The notes under the pieces were generated by a model, which searched no databases, was not told the origin of the DNA, and worked only from the letters and a program-made list of their open reading frames with translations. A stretch of 64,000 nt of DNA from Pantanalinema sp. (GTDB taxonomy: Bacteria; Cyanobacteriota; Sericytochromatia; S15B-MN24; UBA4093), in the NCBI GenBank assembly GCA_036704125.1, contig DATNQI010000076.1:27157-91156 (forward strand), given 5' to 3'. The position numbers and the translations under genes are program-made. Below, one piece after another: positions 1 to 9,517 of this stretch. Positions within the stretch are counted from its first letter, which is position 1, and the number at the start of each line of letters is the position of its first letter.

Positions 1-515
1 TGGGCGGCGGGGCCTCCTTCCCCGCCACCGACAGCATCGGCACCAACGTGGTGCCCGACCCGCTCTCGCTCTCGCTCAACACGACCTTCCTCGGCATGGC
101 GACCGACGCGAACGACAACATGGCGATCGCTGACTCCGGAAGACGCAAGATCTTCCTGGTATGCCGCAAGAGCGGCCCGCTGTTCGGCCAGCAGATGGAG
201 GCGGGCCAGGTCTACCTCCTGCGCCAATGGGCGACCGGCGGCCCCAAGCCCAGGCAGGTGGCCTTCGATCGCGACGGGCACCTGTACTTCACCGTCAACA
301 GCGATCACACCGTGCGCAGGATCGACCGGGCGACCAGGGCCGAGACCATCGTGGCCGGACAGGCGGGGGTGTTCACCTCTTCCGGGACCCTCGGCAACGA
401 CGCCCCCGCCCGCCAGGCGACGCTCAACACCCCCATGGGGCTCGTCATATCGCCCGGCAACCGCCTGCTCATCGCAGACAAGCTGAACCACCAGATCCGC
501 CTGATTCACCTGTAG
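1..515 (+). CDS. NHL-repeat protein, C-terminal fragment (5' end outside window)
   Basis: ORF frame 48..515 continues to the window edge without a start. It shows NHL-type beta-propeller repeat signatures (DGHLYFT, NRLLIAD) like the downstream paralogs. Confidence 0.55.
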   Translation, partial: GGGASFPATDSIGTNVVPDPLSLSLNTTFLGMATDANDNMAIADSGRRKIFLVCRKSGPLFGQQMEAGQVYLLRQWATGGPKPRQVAFDRDGHLYFTVNSDHTVRRIDRATRAETIVAGQAGVFTSSGTLGNDAPARQATLNTPMGLVISPGNRLLIADKLNHQIRLIHL

Positions 516-523
516 GAACACTC

Positions 524-940
524 ATGGCCACTCCTCGAAACCTTCTGCCCGGCGCCCTCCTCTGCACCCTGAGCCTGCTTGCGGGCTGCGACATGCTGGG
601 CCCGAGAGCCCCGGGCGATACCCAGAGCGCCCCCCTCGCGCTCGAAGCGCTGGCGCTCAGCCCGCAGAGCTTGACCCTGAGCCTGCCGGGCGAGGGCGAG
701 GGCCAGGACCTGTTCGCGGCGCGCCAGCGCCTCGCGGTGGTTCTCACCCCGCAGGACGCGACGGCGAGCCTCGCGTGGGCCTCAAGTCACCCGGAAATCG
801 CCTCGGTGGACGGCACGGGCCTCGTGACGGCCGCGGGCACCGGCACCACCGAGGTGAGCGTCCGCATCGACGCGGAGCGCTTCGCCACCGCGTCGGTCAC
901 GGTGCTGGATCGCGGGCAGGCGAACGTCACCCTGCATTGA
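524..940 (+). CDS. small lipoprotein with Big_2 (bacterial Ig-like) domain
   Basis: ATG at 524 lies in frame with ORF 161..940. It has a signal peptide with lipobox LLAGC and a Big_2-like segment (SVDGTGLVTAAGTGTTEVSV). Confidence 0.55.
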   Translation: MATPRNLLPGALLCTLSLLAGCDMLGPRAPGDTQSAPLALEALALSPQSLTLSLPGEGEGQDLFAARQRLAVVLTPQDATASLAWASSHPEIASVDGTGLVTAAGTGTTEVSVRIDAERFATASVTVLDRGQANVTLH

Positions 941-1014
941 CCAAACGACGATGAATTGCCTCCTCATTGGATGGTTGGTAAAGTAGAGAGAAGCAACCAA
1001 GCATCCGAGGTGAG

Positions 1015-3234
1015 ATGACCCGACCGAGCCCCGCGCGCAAGCTTGCGATCCTCCTGGCCACGGCGCTGGGCGTCGCGGGCTGCCCGGCAAAGCAGCTCGA
1101 GACGTCGCTTCCGATCCGCGGGGCGCAGGACGGCGTCTCCCAGACCATCCCCCTGATCGCGGGGCGCCTCCTGGACCCCCAGGGCAAGCCGGTCGTCGGG
1201 GCTACGGTGCGGGCCTACTCGCCCCCCTACCGGATCGCGGGGACCGCAGCCCCGTCCAGGCCCCCCGCGCTCGCCAGGACCGACGCCGACGGCACCTTCG
1301 TGCTGAGCGATCCGCCCCTGGGCAGCGTCGCGGTCGAAGCCGAGGGCGCGGCGGGAATGAAAGCCCTCAAAACCGGCATCGCCGTCGCCGAGGGCGCGCA
1401 GATCGAGCTGGGGACCCTCACCCTGCGCCCCACCGGCACCGTCCGCGGCCGGGTGACGACCGCCGACGGGGGCTCCATGCTCGGCACCGACGTCTTCATC
1501 CCCGGCACCGACTACCTGGGCAGGACCGACGCCGAGGGGAGCTACGCCCTCACCGGGGTGCCCGAGGGCTCCTTGGCGATCGCGGCCATGCGGCCACGCT
1601 ACCGCCCCCGCGTTGTCGAGGGGCTCCAGCTGGCCCCAGGCGCCGAGCTGATCGCTCCGGTGCTTGAGCTGAGCCTCGACGCGCCCGTCCTCTCGGCGCT
1701 CACCCCCGATCACGGAGGACCGGGCGCCATCGTGCGCCTCTCGGGCGAGAACTTCGGAGCGAGCGAACACCGCGTCCTGCAGGTGAGCTTCGACGACACC
1801 CTGGCCGTCACCGTCCGGCGCCTCGGCGACACCCTCATCGAGGCGGTGGTGCCCCCGGGGGCGACCAGCGGCGACGTGGTGGTCCGCACCGACGGGATCG
1901 CGAGCGAAGGACGGCCCTTCAGGGTCCTATCGAGCATCGTCGTGGAACCGCCCTACGCGGGGCTTTTCGCCGGCGCACGCCAGGCCTACCGCGCCGTGGC
2001 GCGGGACACCACGGGGACGGTCGTTCCCGGCGCGCGCCTCGACTGGGAGCTCGGCAGCCCGGCCCTCGCCAAGCTCGACGCCGACGGCTCGCTCACCAGC
2101 CTGAGTCCGGGCTGGAGCGAGGTGCGCGCGCGCAGCGGCACGGTGACGGGCCTCGCGGCGGTTGGCATCACGCCCTACCGGCAGGTGCTCGAGCGCAAGA
2201 TCGACGCGCCACCGGGCGGCCTGTGGCTCGACCTCGCCCACGGCCCGGACGGCAGCACCTACCTCTGCGACTGGCAAGCCAGCCGTATCCTTCGCCTGGA
2301 CGGGGGCTCCACCGCCCAGGTCGTCGCGGGCACCGGCACGGCCGGCAGCAGCCCGGATGGCACCCCGGCCCAAAGCGCCCTCCTGAACCATCCCTACGGG
2401 ATCGCGCTGGACTCCGAGGGCACCCTGTACATCGCCGAGAACGAGGGACACCGCCTGCGGGCGATCCCCGCCAGGGACACCACCCTGTTCGGAATCCCCA
2501 TGCAGACGGGGCGCGTCTACACCATCGCGGGCACCGGCACCAAGGGCTACAACGGCGACGGCCCGGACGCCCGTACCCGGCAGCTCAGCTCCCCGGGTGG
2601 CCTGCTGCTGGAGCGGGATGGATCCGTGCTCTTCACCGACACCAAAAACGCCCGGATCCGCCGGCTGACGCTCGATGGCGCGCTGGAGACCGTGCTGGGC
2701 GGCGGTGCTCGCCCCGTCACGAGCGCCGGCATCGAGGCCGCGAGCTACGGCGAGCCCATCAGATCCAGCCTCGCGCTCGACGCTTCGGGCAACATCGCCT
2801 TCGCCGACGGCTACCGCATGCTGGTGCTTTGCCGATCAGCCGGCCGCTTCCTGGGGCGCGACATGACCCCCGGAATGGCCTACCCGGTCGCGGGTTACGT
2901 GAAGGCCGGGTTCAACGGCGACGGGCGAGGGCTCTCGACCCTGCTCTCCGCCCCCACCGGGATGACCTTCACCCCCCAGGGCGAGCTCCTGTTCTGCGAC
3001 AGCGGCGGCAGCCTCCTGCGGGTGCTGCGCGCGGATGGCGAGGTCCGCACCCTCGCGGGCCAGCGCTACCCGGACGGGCTCGGCACGCTGAATCGCACCG
3101 ACCTGCTACCCTTGCCGGCACCCGCGAGCGGGCGCCTCTTCGGCGCGAGCGCGATCGGATTCCAGCCGGACGGCTCCTTGATCGTCCCCGCCTCCTCCCC
3201 CCTTGTCCTCTACCGACTGGAACCATCCCCATGA
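1015..3234 (+). CDS. large surface lipoprotein: CarbopepD_reg-like, IPT/TIG, Big_2 and C-terminal NHL repeats
   Basis: 739-aa ORF with signal peptide and lipobox (LGVAGC). Gly/Thr/Asp-rich composition fits beta-propeller and Ig-like folds. An RBS-like gaggtga precedes the ATG. Confidence 0.75.
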   Translation: MTRPSPARKLAILLATALGVAGCPAKQLETSLPIRGAQDGVSQTIPLIAGRLLDPQGKPVVGATVRAYSPPYRIAGTAAPSRPPALARTDADGTFVLSDPPLGSVAVEAEGAAGMKALKTGIAVAEGAQIELGTLTLRPTGTVRGRVTTADGGSMLGTDVFIPGTDYLGRTDAEGSYALTGVPEGSLAIAAMRPRYRPRVVEGLQLAPGAELIAPVLELSLDAPVLSALTPDHGGPGAIVRLSGENFGASEHRVLQVSFDDTLAVTVRRLGDTLIEAVVPPGATSGDVVVRTDGIASEGRPFRVLSSIVVEPPYAGLFAGARQAYRAVARDTTGTVVPGARLDWELGSPALAKLDADGSLTSLSPGWSEVRARSGTVTGLAAVGITPYRQVLERKIDAPPGGLWLDLAHGPDGSTYLCDWQASRILRLDGGSTAQVVAGTGTAGSSPDGTPAQSALLNHPYGIALDSEGTLYIAENEGHRLRAIPARDTTLFGIPMQTGRVYTIAGTGTKGYNGDGPDARTRQLSSPGGLLLERDGSVLFTDTKNARIRRLTLDGALETVLGGGARPVTSAGIEAASYGEPIRSSLALDASGNIAFADGYRMLVLCRSAGRFLGRDMTPGMAYPVAGYVKAGFNGDGRGLSTLLSAPTGMTFTPQGELLFCDSGGSLLRVLRADGEVRTLAGQRYPDGLGTLNRTDLLPLPAPASGRLFGASAIGFQPDGSLIVPASSPLVLYRLEPSP

Positions 3235-4748
3235 CCCGACGGCTCCTCCTGTGCCTGCTTGCGCTCCCTTCGCTGACCGCGTGCCGCCAGGCCCCGCTCA
3301 CCCCCTCGACCCCGCGCCCGGCGCCTCAGGCGACGGAGCTCGGCCAGCTCCGGGTCACGGTCCGCTGGCCCGAGGCGAGCGCATACGCCCCCCAGGCCAT
3401 TCCGGAGGCGAGCGTCCGGGCCTACCTCTACGTCTCGACCGAGGGGGGGCAACCCCTGGGGACCGTGACCCTCGCGCGGAAAGAGGCCGGCTCGCTCGCG
3501 AGCGCCTCGATCGAACTGCCCCCCGGGGAAGGTTACACGCTCTCGGCGGTCCTCACGGAGCAAGGCGAACAGAACATCGCGCTCGGCGCCAGCGCTCCCT
3601 TCGCCATCCGGCGCGACCGCGCGACCTCGGTCTCGCTCCTCATGGAGCCCGTGATCGCGACCGTCGCGGGGACGGGCACCACCACCTACGACGCGACGGC
3701 CTCGACGGCCCTCGACACGACGTTAAGTGTCCCGTCGGGGCTGGGGATCGACGCGGCGGGCAACCTCTACGTGGCCGTCCTGAGCCACAACGTCATCCGC
3801 AAGGTCACCCCCGAGGGGCGGATCGGCACCGTCGTGGGCACCGGCACCGCGACCACCACCGACCTGGCCAACCTTGGCGACGGCGCCGCGGCGGGCGCGG
3901 CGACCCTCAACAGGCCCCAAGGCGTGGCGGTCTCGCCCACGGGGGATCTCGTCATCGCGGACACGAACAACAGGCGCCTGCGCCTCGTGCCGGCGAGCGA
4001 CGGGCGGCGCTTCGGGCAGGAGGTCCTGGCCGGCCGCATCTACACCATCGCGACCACGAGCCTCACCCCCAACGCCGTGACCCTGGGCCCGGACGGCAGC
4101 GCCTACTTCTCGGAAGGATCCAATCCGAGCAATCCGCCTCGCGTCACCCATCTGGATCCCGACGGACGGCTGAGCGTGGCCGCAGGGATCCAGGCGAGCC
4201 TCACCAATGGTGACGACCGCCCGGGGACGAGCACGGCGCTCGACACACCCGACGGCATCGTCGTGGATGCGCGCGGCAACCTGATGGTCGCGGACCGGGG
4301 CGCGCACCGGGTGCGCATGGTCTGCCGCGAGGCCGGGACCTACTTCGGCATCGCGATGCAAGCAGGACGCCTCTACACCATCGCGGGCACGGGCACGCCG
4401 ACCACCGGCGACGTCTCCCCTCTGGGCGACGGGGGACAGGGGCTCGACGCGAGCCTCAAGAGCCCGCGTGGCCTGACCCTCGACGCCGCAGGCAACCTCT
4501 ACATCGTGGACTCCGCCAACTGCCGGGTGCGATGCCTGAAGACGAGCGGCATCATCACCACGATCGCAGGAAATGCGATCGCCGCCGCCGCGGATAAGCC
4601 CGCTCTCTGGACCAACCCGCGCCTCGGCGACGGCGGCTCGGCGCTCAAGGCCCTGCTCAACTTCCCCGCCGGCACGGCCATCGGGCCGGGCGGGGCGCTC
4701 TACATCAGCGACACGCTAAACCAGCGGATCCGCAGGCTCTGGCTCTGA
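3231..4748 (+). CDS. NHL-repeat lipoprotein
   Basis: ATG at 3231 is in frame with ORF 2223..4748 and overlaps the upstream stop by 4 nt (ATGA). Lipobox LTAC, an Ig-like N-terminus resembling 8544..9503, then NHL repeats. Confidence 0.75.
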   Translation: MTRRLLLCLLALPSLTACRQAPLTPSTPRPAPQATELGQLRVTVRWPEASAYAPQAIPEASVRAYLYVSTEGGQPLGTVTLARKEAGSLASASIELPPGEGYTLSAVLTEQGEQNIALGASAPFAIRRDRATSVSLLMEPVIATVAGTGTTTYDATASTALDTTLSVPSGLGIDAAGNLYVAVLSHNVIRKVTPEGRIGTVVGTGTATTTDLANLGDGAAAGAATLNRPQGVAVSPTGDLVIADTNNRRLRLVPASDGRRFGQEVLAGRIYTIATTSLTPNAVTLGPDGSAYFSEGSNPSNPPRVTHLDPDGRLSVAAGIQASLTNGDDRPGTSTALDTPDGIVVDARGNLMVADRGAHRVRMVCREAGTYFGIAMQAGRLYTIAGTGTPTTGDVSPLGDGGQGLDASLKSPRGLTLDAAGNLYIVDSANCRVRCLKTSGIITTIAGNAIAAAADKPALWTNPRLGDGGSALKALLNFPAGTAIGPGGALYISDTLNQRIRRLWL

Positions 4749-4757
4749 GCCGAAAAA

Positions 4758-4797
4758 GAGGCCCCCTCGCCGGCGTCGGCGAGGGGGCTGGCTTCTT
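4758..4797. terminator. bidirectional rho-independent terminator between convergent genes
   Basis: Perfect 12-bp stem gccccctcgccg/cggcgagggggc (4761-4772 and 4777-4788) with loop gcgt, flanked by an A-run and a T-rich tract. It sits between the stop at 4748 (+) and the stop at 4796 (-). Confidence 0.55.
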
Positions 4798-5773
4798 AGT
4801 AGACCTCGGTGAACTCGCCCATCCGGCGGTACTTCTGGTACCGGTTCTCAAGGAGCTGCCAGGTGGGGACCCGCATCAGGTCGGCCAGCTGCTCCGAGAG
4901 GGCCGCGGCCAGGTGCTTCGCGCTCAGGACGGGGTCCTTGTGGCAGCCTCCAAGCGGCTCCGGGATGACGCCGTCGATCACCTCGAACGCCATCAGGTCG
5001 CTCGAGGTGAGCTTGAGGATCTCGGCCGCCCGAGGAGCCATGCCGGCGTCCTTCCAGAGGATCGCAGCACAGCCCTCGGGCGAGATGACGCCGTAGTAGG
5101 CGTGCTCGAACATCAGGACGCGATCGCCCATGCCGATGCCGATGGCGCCGCCGCTCGACCCCTCCCCGATGACCACCGAGATGATGGGCGTCTCGAGGGT
5201 GGCCATCTGGGCGAGGCTCTCGGCGATGGCGATGGACTGGCCGCGCTCCTCGGCGGCGATGCCGGGGTAGGCGCCCTGGGTGTCGATCAGGGTGATGATC
5301 GGCATGCCGAACTTGGCCGCGTGCGCCATCAGGCGCTGGGCCTTGCGGTAGCCCTCGGGGTGGGCCATGCCGAAGTTGCGAAGGATGTTCTCCTTGGTGT
5401 CGCGCCCCTTCTGGTGGCCGATGAACATGACGCTCTGGCCCTCGAAGCGGCCGATGCCGCCCACGATGGCCCGGTCGTCGTAGCCCATGCGATCGCCGTG
5501 CATCTCGAAGAATTCCTCGGAGATGGACTGGATGTAGTCCAGGGCGGTGGGCCGCGCCGGATGACGGGCGATCTGGATGCGCTGGAGCGGGGTGAGGCCC
5601 TCGTAGATGGCCCGCCGGATGTTCTGGGCGCGCTCCTCGAGGCGGCGGACCTCCTCGCTCAGGTCCACCTCGCCGGAGCCGGCGAGCTTCTTGAACTCGG
5701 AGATCTTCTCTTCCAGCTCGAGCAGGGGCTGCTCGAACTCCAGGGAAATCGTGCGCTTCTTGGTCTGCGACAT
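4796..5773 (-). CDS. accA: acetyl-CoA carboxylase carboxyltransferase alpha subunit
   Basis: 325-aa protein with the full AccA signature (…IARHPARPTALDYI…GGSSGGAIGIGMGDRVLM…). Confidence 0.95.
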   Translation of the reverse strand: MSQTKKRTISLEFEQPLLELEEKISEFKKLAGSGEVDLSEEVRRLEERAQNIRRAIYEGLTPLQRIQIARHPARPTALDYIQSISEEFFEMHGDRMGYDDRAIVGGIGRFEGQSVMFIGHQKGRDTKENILRNFGMAHPEGYRKAQRLMAHAAKFGMPIITLIDTQGAYPGIAAEERGQSIAIAESLAQMATLETPIISVVIGEGSSGGAIGIGMGDRVLMFEHAYYGVISPEGCAAILWKDAGMAPRAAEILKLTSSDLMAFEVIDGVIPEPLGGCHKDPVLSAKHLAAALSEQLADLMRVPTWQLLENRYQKYRRMGEFTEVY

Positions 5774-5780
5774 GCTGCCT

Positions 5781-6665
5781 CTAATTCCTCACCGCTTCGA
5801 GCTTGCGGACGTGATGCAGGGCGATGAGCTGGCCGATCGTGTCGCGCAGGCGAGGGCGCGGCACGATCTGGTCGATCTGCCCGTGCTTGAAGACCCACTC
5901 GGCCGTCTGGAAGTCGGCCGGAGCCTTCTGGCGGATGGTCGCCTCGATGACGCGGCGGCCCGCGAAGCCGATGATGGCGCCGGGCTCGGCCAGGATGAGG
6001 TCGGCCTGGTTGGCGAAGCTCGCGCTCACCCCGCCCGTGGTCGGGTTGGAGAGGACGCTGATGTACAGGAGGCCCTCCTTGGCGAAGCGCGCGAGCGCCG
6101 CGCTGGTCTTGGCCATCTGCATCAGCGAGAGGGTCCCCTCCTGCATGCGGGCGCCGCCCGAGGCGGCCACCAGCACCAAGGGCAGGCGGCGCTCGATGCT
6201 CTCCTCGACGGTTCGGGTGAGCTTCTCGCCCATCACCGAGCCCATGGAGCCGCCCATGAAGGCGAAGTCCATGCACGCGATGCTCAGGCCGTGGCCGTTG
6301 ATCGTCCCCTGGCCGGTGATGACGCTGTCCCCGTCACCCGCCTTGGCGCGGCTCTCGATCAGGCGCTGGGCGTAGGGCTTGCTGTCCACGAAGGCGAGCG
6401 GATCCACCGAGCGCAGCTGGGTGTGGGTCTCGCGGAACGAGCCGGGATCGAGCAGCTGCAGGATGCGCTCGCGGCCGCCGACCCTGAAGTGGTGGCCGCA
6501 CTTGGGGCAGACGTTGAGGTTGGCGCTAAGGTCCTTGGTGAACAGGGCCTCCGTGCAGGCATCGCACTTGGTCCAGAGGCCGTCGGCCACCTCGCGCTTC
6601 TCGCGATCGGTGTCGACCAGCTGGCCTTTGCGGCGCGCGGCGAACCAGTCCCTTAGTGACGACAT
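5781..6665 (-). CDS. accD: acetyl-CoA carboxylase carboxyltransferase beta subunit
   Basis: Start trimmed to ATG at 6665 (MSSLRDWF), which has a gaaggag RBS. Zn-ribbon CDAC…CPKC and AccD carboxyltransferase domain. Confidence 0.92.
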   Translation of the reverse strand: MSSLRDWFAARRKGQLVDTDREKREVADGLWTKCDACTEALFTKDLSANLNVCPKCGHHFRVGGRERILQLLDPGSFRETHTQLRSVDPLAFVDSKPYAQRLIESRAKAGDGDSVITGQGTINGHGLSIACMDFAFMGGSMGSVMGEKLTRTVEESIERRLPLVLVAASGGARMQEGTLSLMQMAKTSAALARFAKEGLLYISVLSNPTTGGVSASFANQADLILAEPGAIIGFAGRRVIEATIRQKAPADFQTAEWVFKHGQIDQIVPRPRLRDTIGQLIALHHVRKLEAVRN

Positions 6666-6891
6666 GAAAACTCCTTCGCGTATTTCCCCTCGCCGAACGT
6701 CGGCCGCGACGGCCGCCGGAGCCCGGCTGGCGGGCAAGACGCCTCATTATACGCGGGCTCCAGGGGCTTGTACACTCGCACGGCAAGCAAGCTTAATTCA
6801 GGGGTCACGCAACCTTTACTCGCGCTTTACCGGATCCCCGCCCCCTGCGCCGACAAGACGGGTAATGCCGGTTGTTCTTGGAGGGCGCCCC

Positions 6892-8490
6892 ATGGCCGTA
6901 CGTCTCGATTCGATCCAGTCCTACCAGCGCCCCCGCGTGCTGGCCGGCGGCGGCGTGCAGAAGCCCGGGGTCATCCAGATGCCCTCGCCGAACTTCAACG
7001 ACCGTCCCGGCGGCAGCAAGGACATCTCGGCCATCGTCCTGCATCACACCTCGGGCGGCACCCTCGAGAGCAACGCCAACTACTTCAAGAACCCCTCGGC
7101 CGAGGTCAGCTCCCACTACATCGTGGGCAAGGACGGCCGCATCGTGCAGTCGGTCGCCGACGGCAAGCGCGCCTGGCACGCCGGCACCAGCGACTTCAAG
7201 GGCCGCAACGACGTCAACGACTTCAGCCTCGGCATCGAGATCGTCAACTCGGGCTCCGGCAGCGACCCCTTCACCGATGCCCAGTACCGGGGCCTGATCG
7301 ACCTGGTCGCCTGGATGTGCCAGACCTACAACATCTCGCTCGACCGCATCACCGGCCACAAGGACATCGCCCTGCCCCGCGGCCGCAAGAACGATCCGGC
7401 CGCCAACTTCGACTGGAGCCGCGTGCGCGCGGGCGTCGAGGCCAAGCTCAAGGGCCGCTCGGCACCCGCCGCGAGCCAGCCCAAGCCCGTCGCGAAGCCC
7501 GCCTCGGCTTCGGGCGATCAGGGCCTCTACGCCGTCAAGGACGGCGACACCCTCTACGGCATCGCCAAGAAGCAGCTCGGCAACGGCAACCGCTGGCCCG
7601 AGATCTACGACCTCAACAAGGACAAGATCAAGGACCCCAACGTCATCGGCATCGGCATGGCCCTTCGCATGCCCGGCGGCGCCAAGCCCACCACCACCGT
7701 CCAGGGCACCTACACCGTCAAGGACGGCGACACCCTCTACGGCATCGCCAAGAGGCTGCTCGGCGACGGCACCCGCTGGCCCGAGCTCTACGAGCTGAAC
7801 AAGGACAAGATCAAGGACCCCAACGTGATCTACCCCGGCATGGTCCTGCGCCTGTCGGCCGAGAGCGCCAAGCCCGAGGCCCCCAAACAGGAGACCAAGC
7901 CCGCGCCCCAGAAGCCCGAGCCCCCCAAGGCCCCGGACCTGAGCGCCAACCCCATCGGCAAGCTCCCCACGGTGCCCGGCACCCAGCCCTCGAAGCCCGC
8001 ACAGCCCCCGGTCTCGCAGCCAAAGCCTCCCGTCACCCAGCCCGTGGCGCCCGGCGAGGTCGGTCTTTCCGGCGGCCTGCGCATCGGCGGCGGCCTGGCG
8101 CAGAACTACCTGAACTCGCCCATCTCGAGCGGCGGCATCGCGACCGGCGTGATGAAGGGCGGCTTCCTCTACGGCCTCCCCGGCCTGCTCAAGCGCAACT
8201 TCGCGGTCGCCGCCGTCGTCTCGGGCGCCACCAACCTGATGGACTTCATCAAGGGTCGCGTCACCGGCAAGCAGGCGGCCGCCGGCTTCGCCGCGGACAC
8301 CGCGGCCTACACCGGCATCGGCGCCGCCTCGAGCGCCATCGGCGCGGCCGTCGGCAGCGTGCTCGGCCCGGTGGGCACCCTCGGCGGCTTCCTGGTCGGC
8401 AGCGTCGTGGGCCTCGGCCTCGGCTGGGCCTACGAGAAGTTCGGCCGCAGCAAGCTCGTCGGGGCGATCGCCGGCCTCATCGGCAAGTAA
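6892..8490 (+). CDS. N-acetylmuramoyl-L-alanine amidase (amidase_2/PGRP-like) with two LysM domains, Pro-rich linker and C-terminal Gly-rich hydrophobic domain
   Basis: ATG at 6892 has a ggaggg RBS. Amidase_2 motifs (IVLHHTSGG…AWHAG) and two LysM repeats (YTVKDGDTLYGIAK). The C-terminal ~110 aa are homologous to the protein at 17657..18322. Confidence 0.85.
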   Translation: MAVRLDSIQSYQRPRVLAGGGVQKPGVIQMPSPNFNDRPGGSKDISAIVLHHTSGGTLESNANYFKNPSAEVSSHYIVGKDGRIVQSVADGKRAWHAGTSDFKGRNDVNDFSLGIEIVNSGSGSDPFTDAQYRGLIDLVAWMCQTYNISLDRITGHKDIALPRGRKNDPAANFDWSRVRAGVEAKLKGRSAPAASQPKPVAKPASASGDQGLYAVKDGDTLYGIAKKQLGNGNRWPEIYDLNKDKIKDPNVIGIGMALRMPGGAKPTTTVQGTYTVKDGDTLYGIAKRLLGDGTRWPELYELNKDKIKDPNVIYPGMVLRLSAESAKPEAPKQETKPAPQKPEPPKAPDLSANPIGKLPTVPGTQPSKPAQPPVSQPKPPVTQPVAPGEVGLSGGLRIGGGLAQNYLNSPISSGGIATGVMKGGFLYGLPGLLKRNFAVAAVVSGATNLMDFIKGRVTGKQAAAGFAADTAAYTGIGAASSAIGAAVGSVLGPVGTLGGFLVGSVVGLGLGWAYEKFGRSKLVGAIAGLIGK

Positions 8491-8498
8491 AAGTCGCT

Positions 8499-8542
8499 CC
8501 AAGTAAAAGGACGCCTCCGCTCGGGGGCGTCCTTTTACTTGG
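8499..8542. terminator. strong bidirectional terminator (17-bp perfect stem)
   Basis: ccaagtaaaaggacgcc (8499-8515) and ggcgtccttttacttgg (8526-8542) with a 10-nt loop. It lies between the convergent stops at 8490 (+) and 8544 (-). Confidence 0.6.
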
Positions 8543-8543
8543 A

Positions 8544-9503
8544 CTACTCGATCACTTCCAGCGAGGCCGTGCTCACCAGGCGTCCTGAGCGGACCGAAAG
8601 GATGGCCGAGCCCGTGCCCGTCGCGGTGAAGACGGTGCTGGAGCCCGTCGCGGGGAAGAAGGTGCCCTCGGCCGGGAGGGTCGCCCCGCTCTGATCCGCC
8701 GTCAGCAGGGTCCACTCCACGTTGGGCGCGGGCTCCGGGCCAGCCGAGGAGCTCGCCGAGACGCTCAGGGCGATCGGCTGGCCGAGCGTCACCGCCCCGG
8801 GGAACGGCGCGATGGCCGAGAGGGCGCTGAGCGTCCAGAAGGCGCCGCTCGGCTCGCTCGGCACCCCGTCCACCCGGACCACGATGCTCCCGCTCGCCAC
8901 CCCCTCGGGCACCGTGACGCGCAGGCGCTCCTCATCGACCCGGTACAGGCCCGGAGCCTCGAGGCCGTCGAAGGTAACCGAAACGGGCTTGTTGGCGGCC
9001 GCCCCGAAGCCGCTGCCCACGAGCTCGATCGTCGCCCCCGGGCCTGCGTTGAGGGGATACGCGCTCAGCGCCGGGACGAAGCGCGGCGCCAAGTGCACGG
9101 CAAGCGGCTGCCGCTGGTTGACCTTCACCGACGCGGTGGCCGCCCCCTCGGCCACCACGTCGAAGTCCTGGTAGGCCTTGACCTCGACCCGCAAATCATC
9201 ACCGGCGGGCACCGCCAGCTGCGCCTGGCTGGTCTGGTTCCCCGCGGCCTTCTCGAGGTCGTGCGACACCAGCAGCGAGGCATTCGCATCCAGGACGCGC
9301 ACCCGGATCAGATTGGCGCTGTAAGGGATGAGCTGGATCTGGCGCGGCCAGCGCACGGTGATGACCAGCTGGCCCATCGCGGCCGGCGCGTCGGCCGCGG
9401 GCCCGTCGCCCGTCGCCGGGCTCAGCGCGCGCAGGGCAGGCGAGGCGCAGGCGCAAAGGAGCAGGCACAGCGTCGAGGCGGCGATGGGACGGACAAGGCG
9501 CAT
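8544..9503 (-). CDS. lipoprotein with Ig-like N-terminal domain and IPT/TIG domain
   Basis: Signal peptide and lipobox (LLCAC). The N-terminus (GQLVITVRWP…) resembles the N-terminus of 3231..4748. An IPT-like segment follows (PGATIELVGSGFG…VSVTFDG). Confidence 0.7.
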   Translation of the reverse strand: MRLVRPIAASTLCLLLCACASPALRALSPATGDGPAADAPAAMGQLVITVRWPRQIQLIPYSANLIRVRVLDANASLLVSHDLEKAAGNQTSQAQLAVPAGDDLRVEVKAYQDFDVVAEGAATASVKVNQRQPLAVHLAPRFVPALSAYPLNAGPGATIELVGSGFGAAANKPVSVTFDGLEAPGLYRVDEERLRVTVPEGVASGSIVVRVDGVPSEPSGAFWTLSALSAIAPFPGAVTLGQPIALSVSASSSAGPEPAPNVEWTLLTADQSGATLPAEGTFFPATGSSTVFTATGTGSAILSVRSGRLVSTASLEVIE

Positions 9504-9517
9504 GGCTACCGGGCCTC

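Noticed and set aside
3203-4361. 336-aa plus-strand and 212-aa minus-strand ORFs inside the NHL lipoprotein gene
   Set aside because: Frame-shifted or antisense reads of a Gly/Thr/Asp-rich coding region. They have no start context and are Arg/Pro-dominated.
6768-8715. 606-aa plus-strand and 636-aa minus-strand ORFs across the amidase gene
   Set aside because: Alternate-frame and antisense artefacts (poly-Arg/Gly/His). The 6892..8490 frame carries the amidase_2 and LysM motifs.
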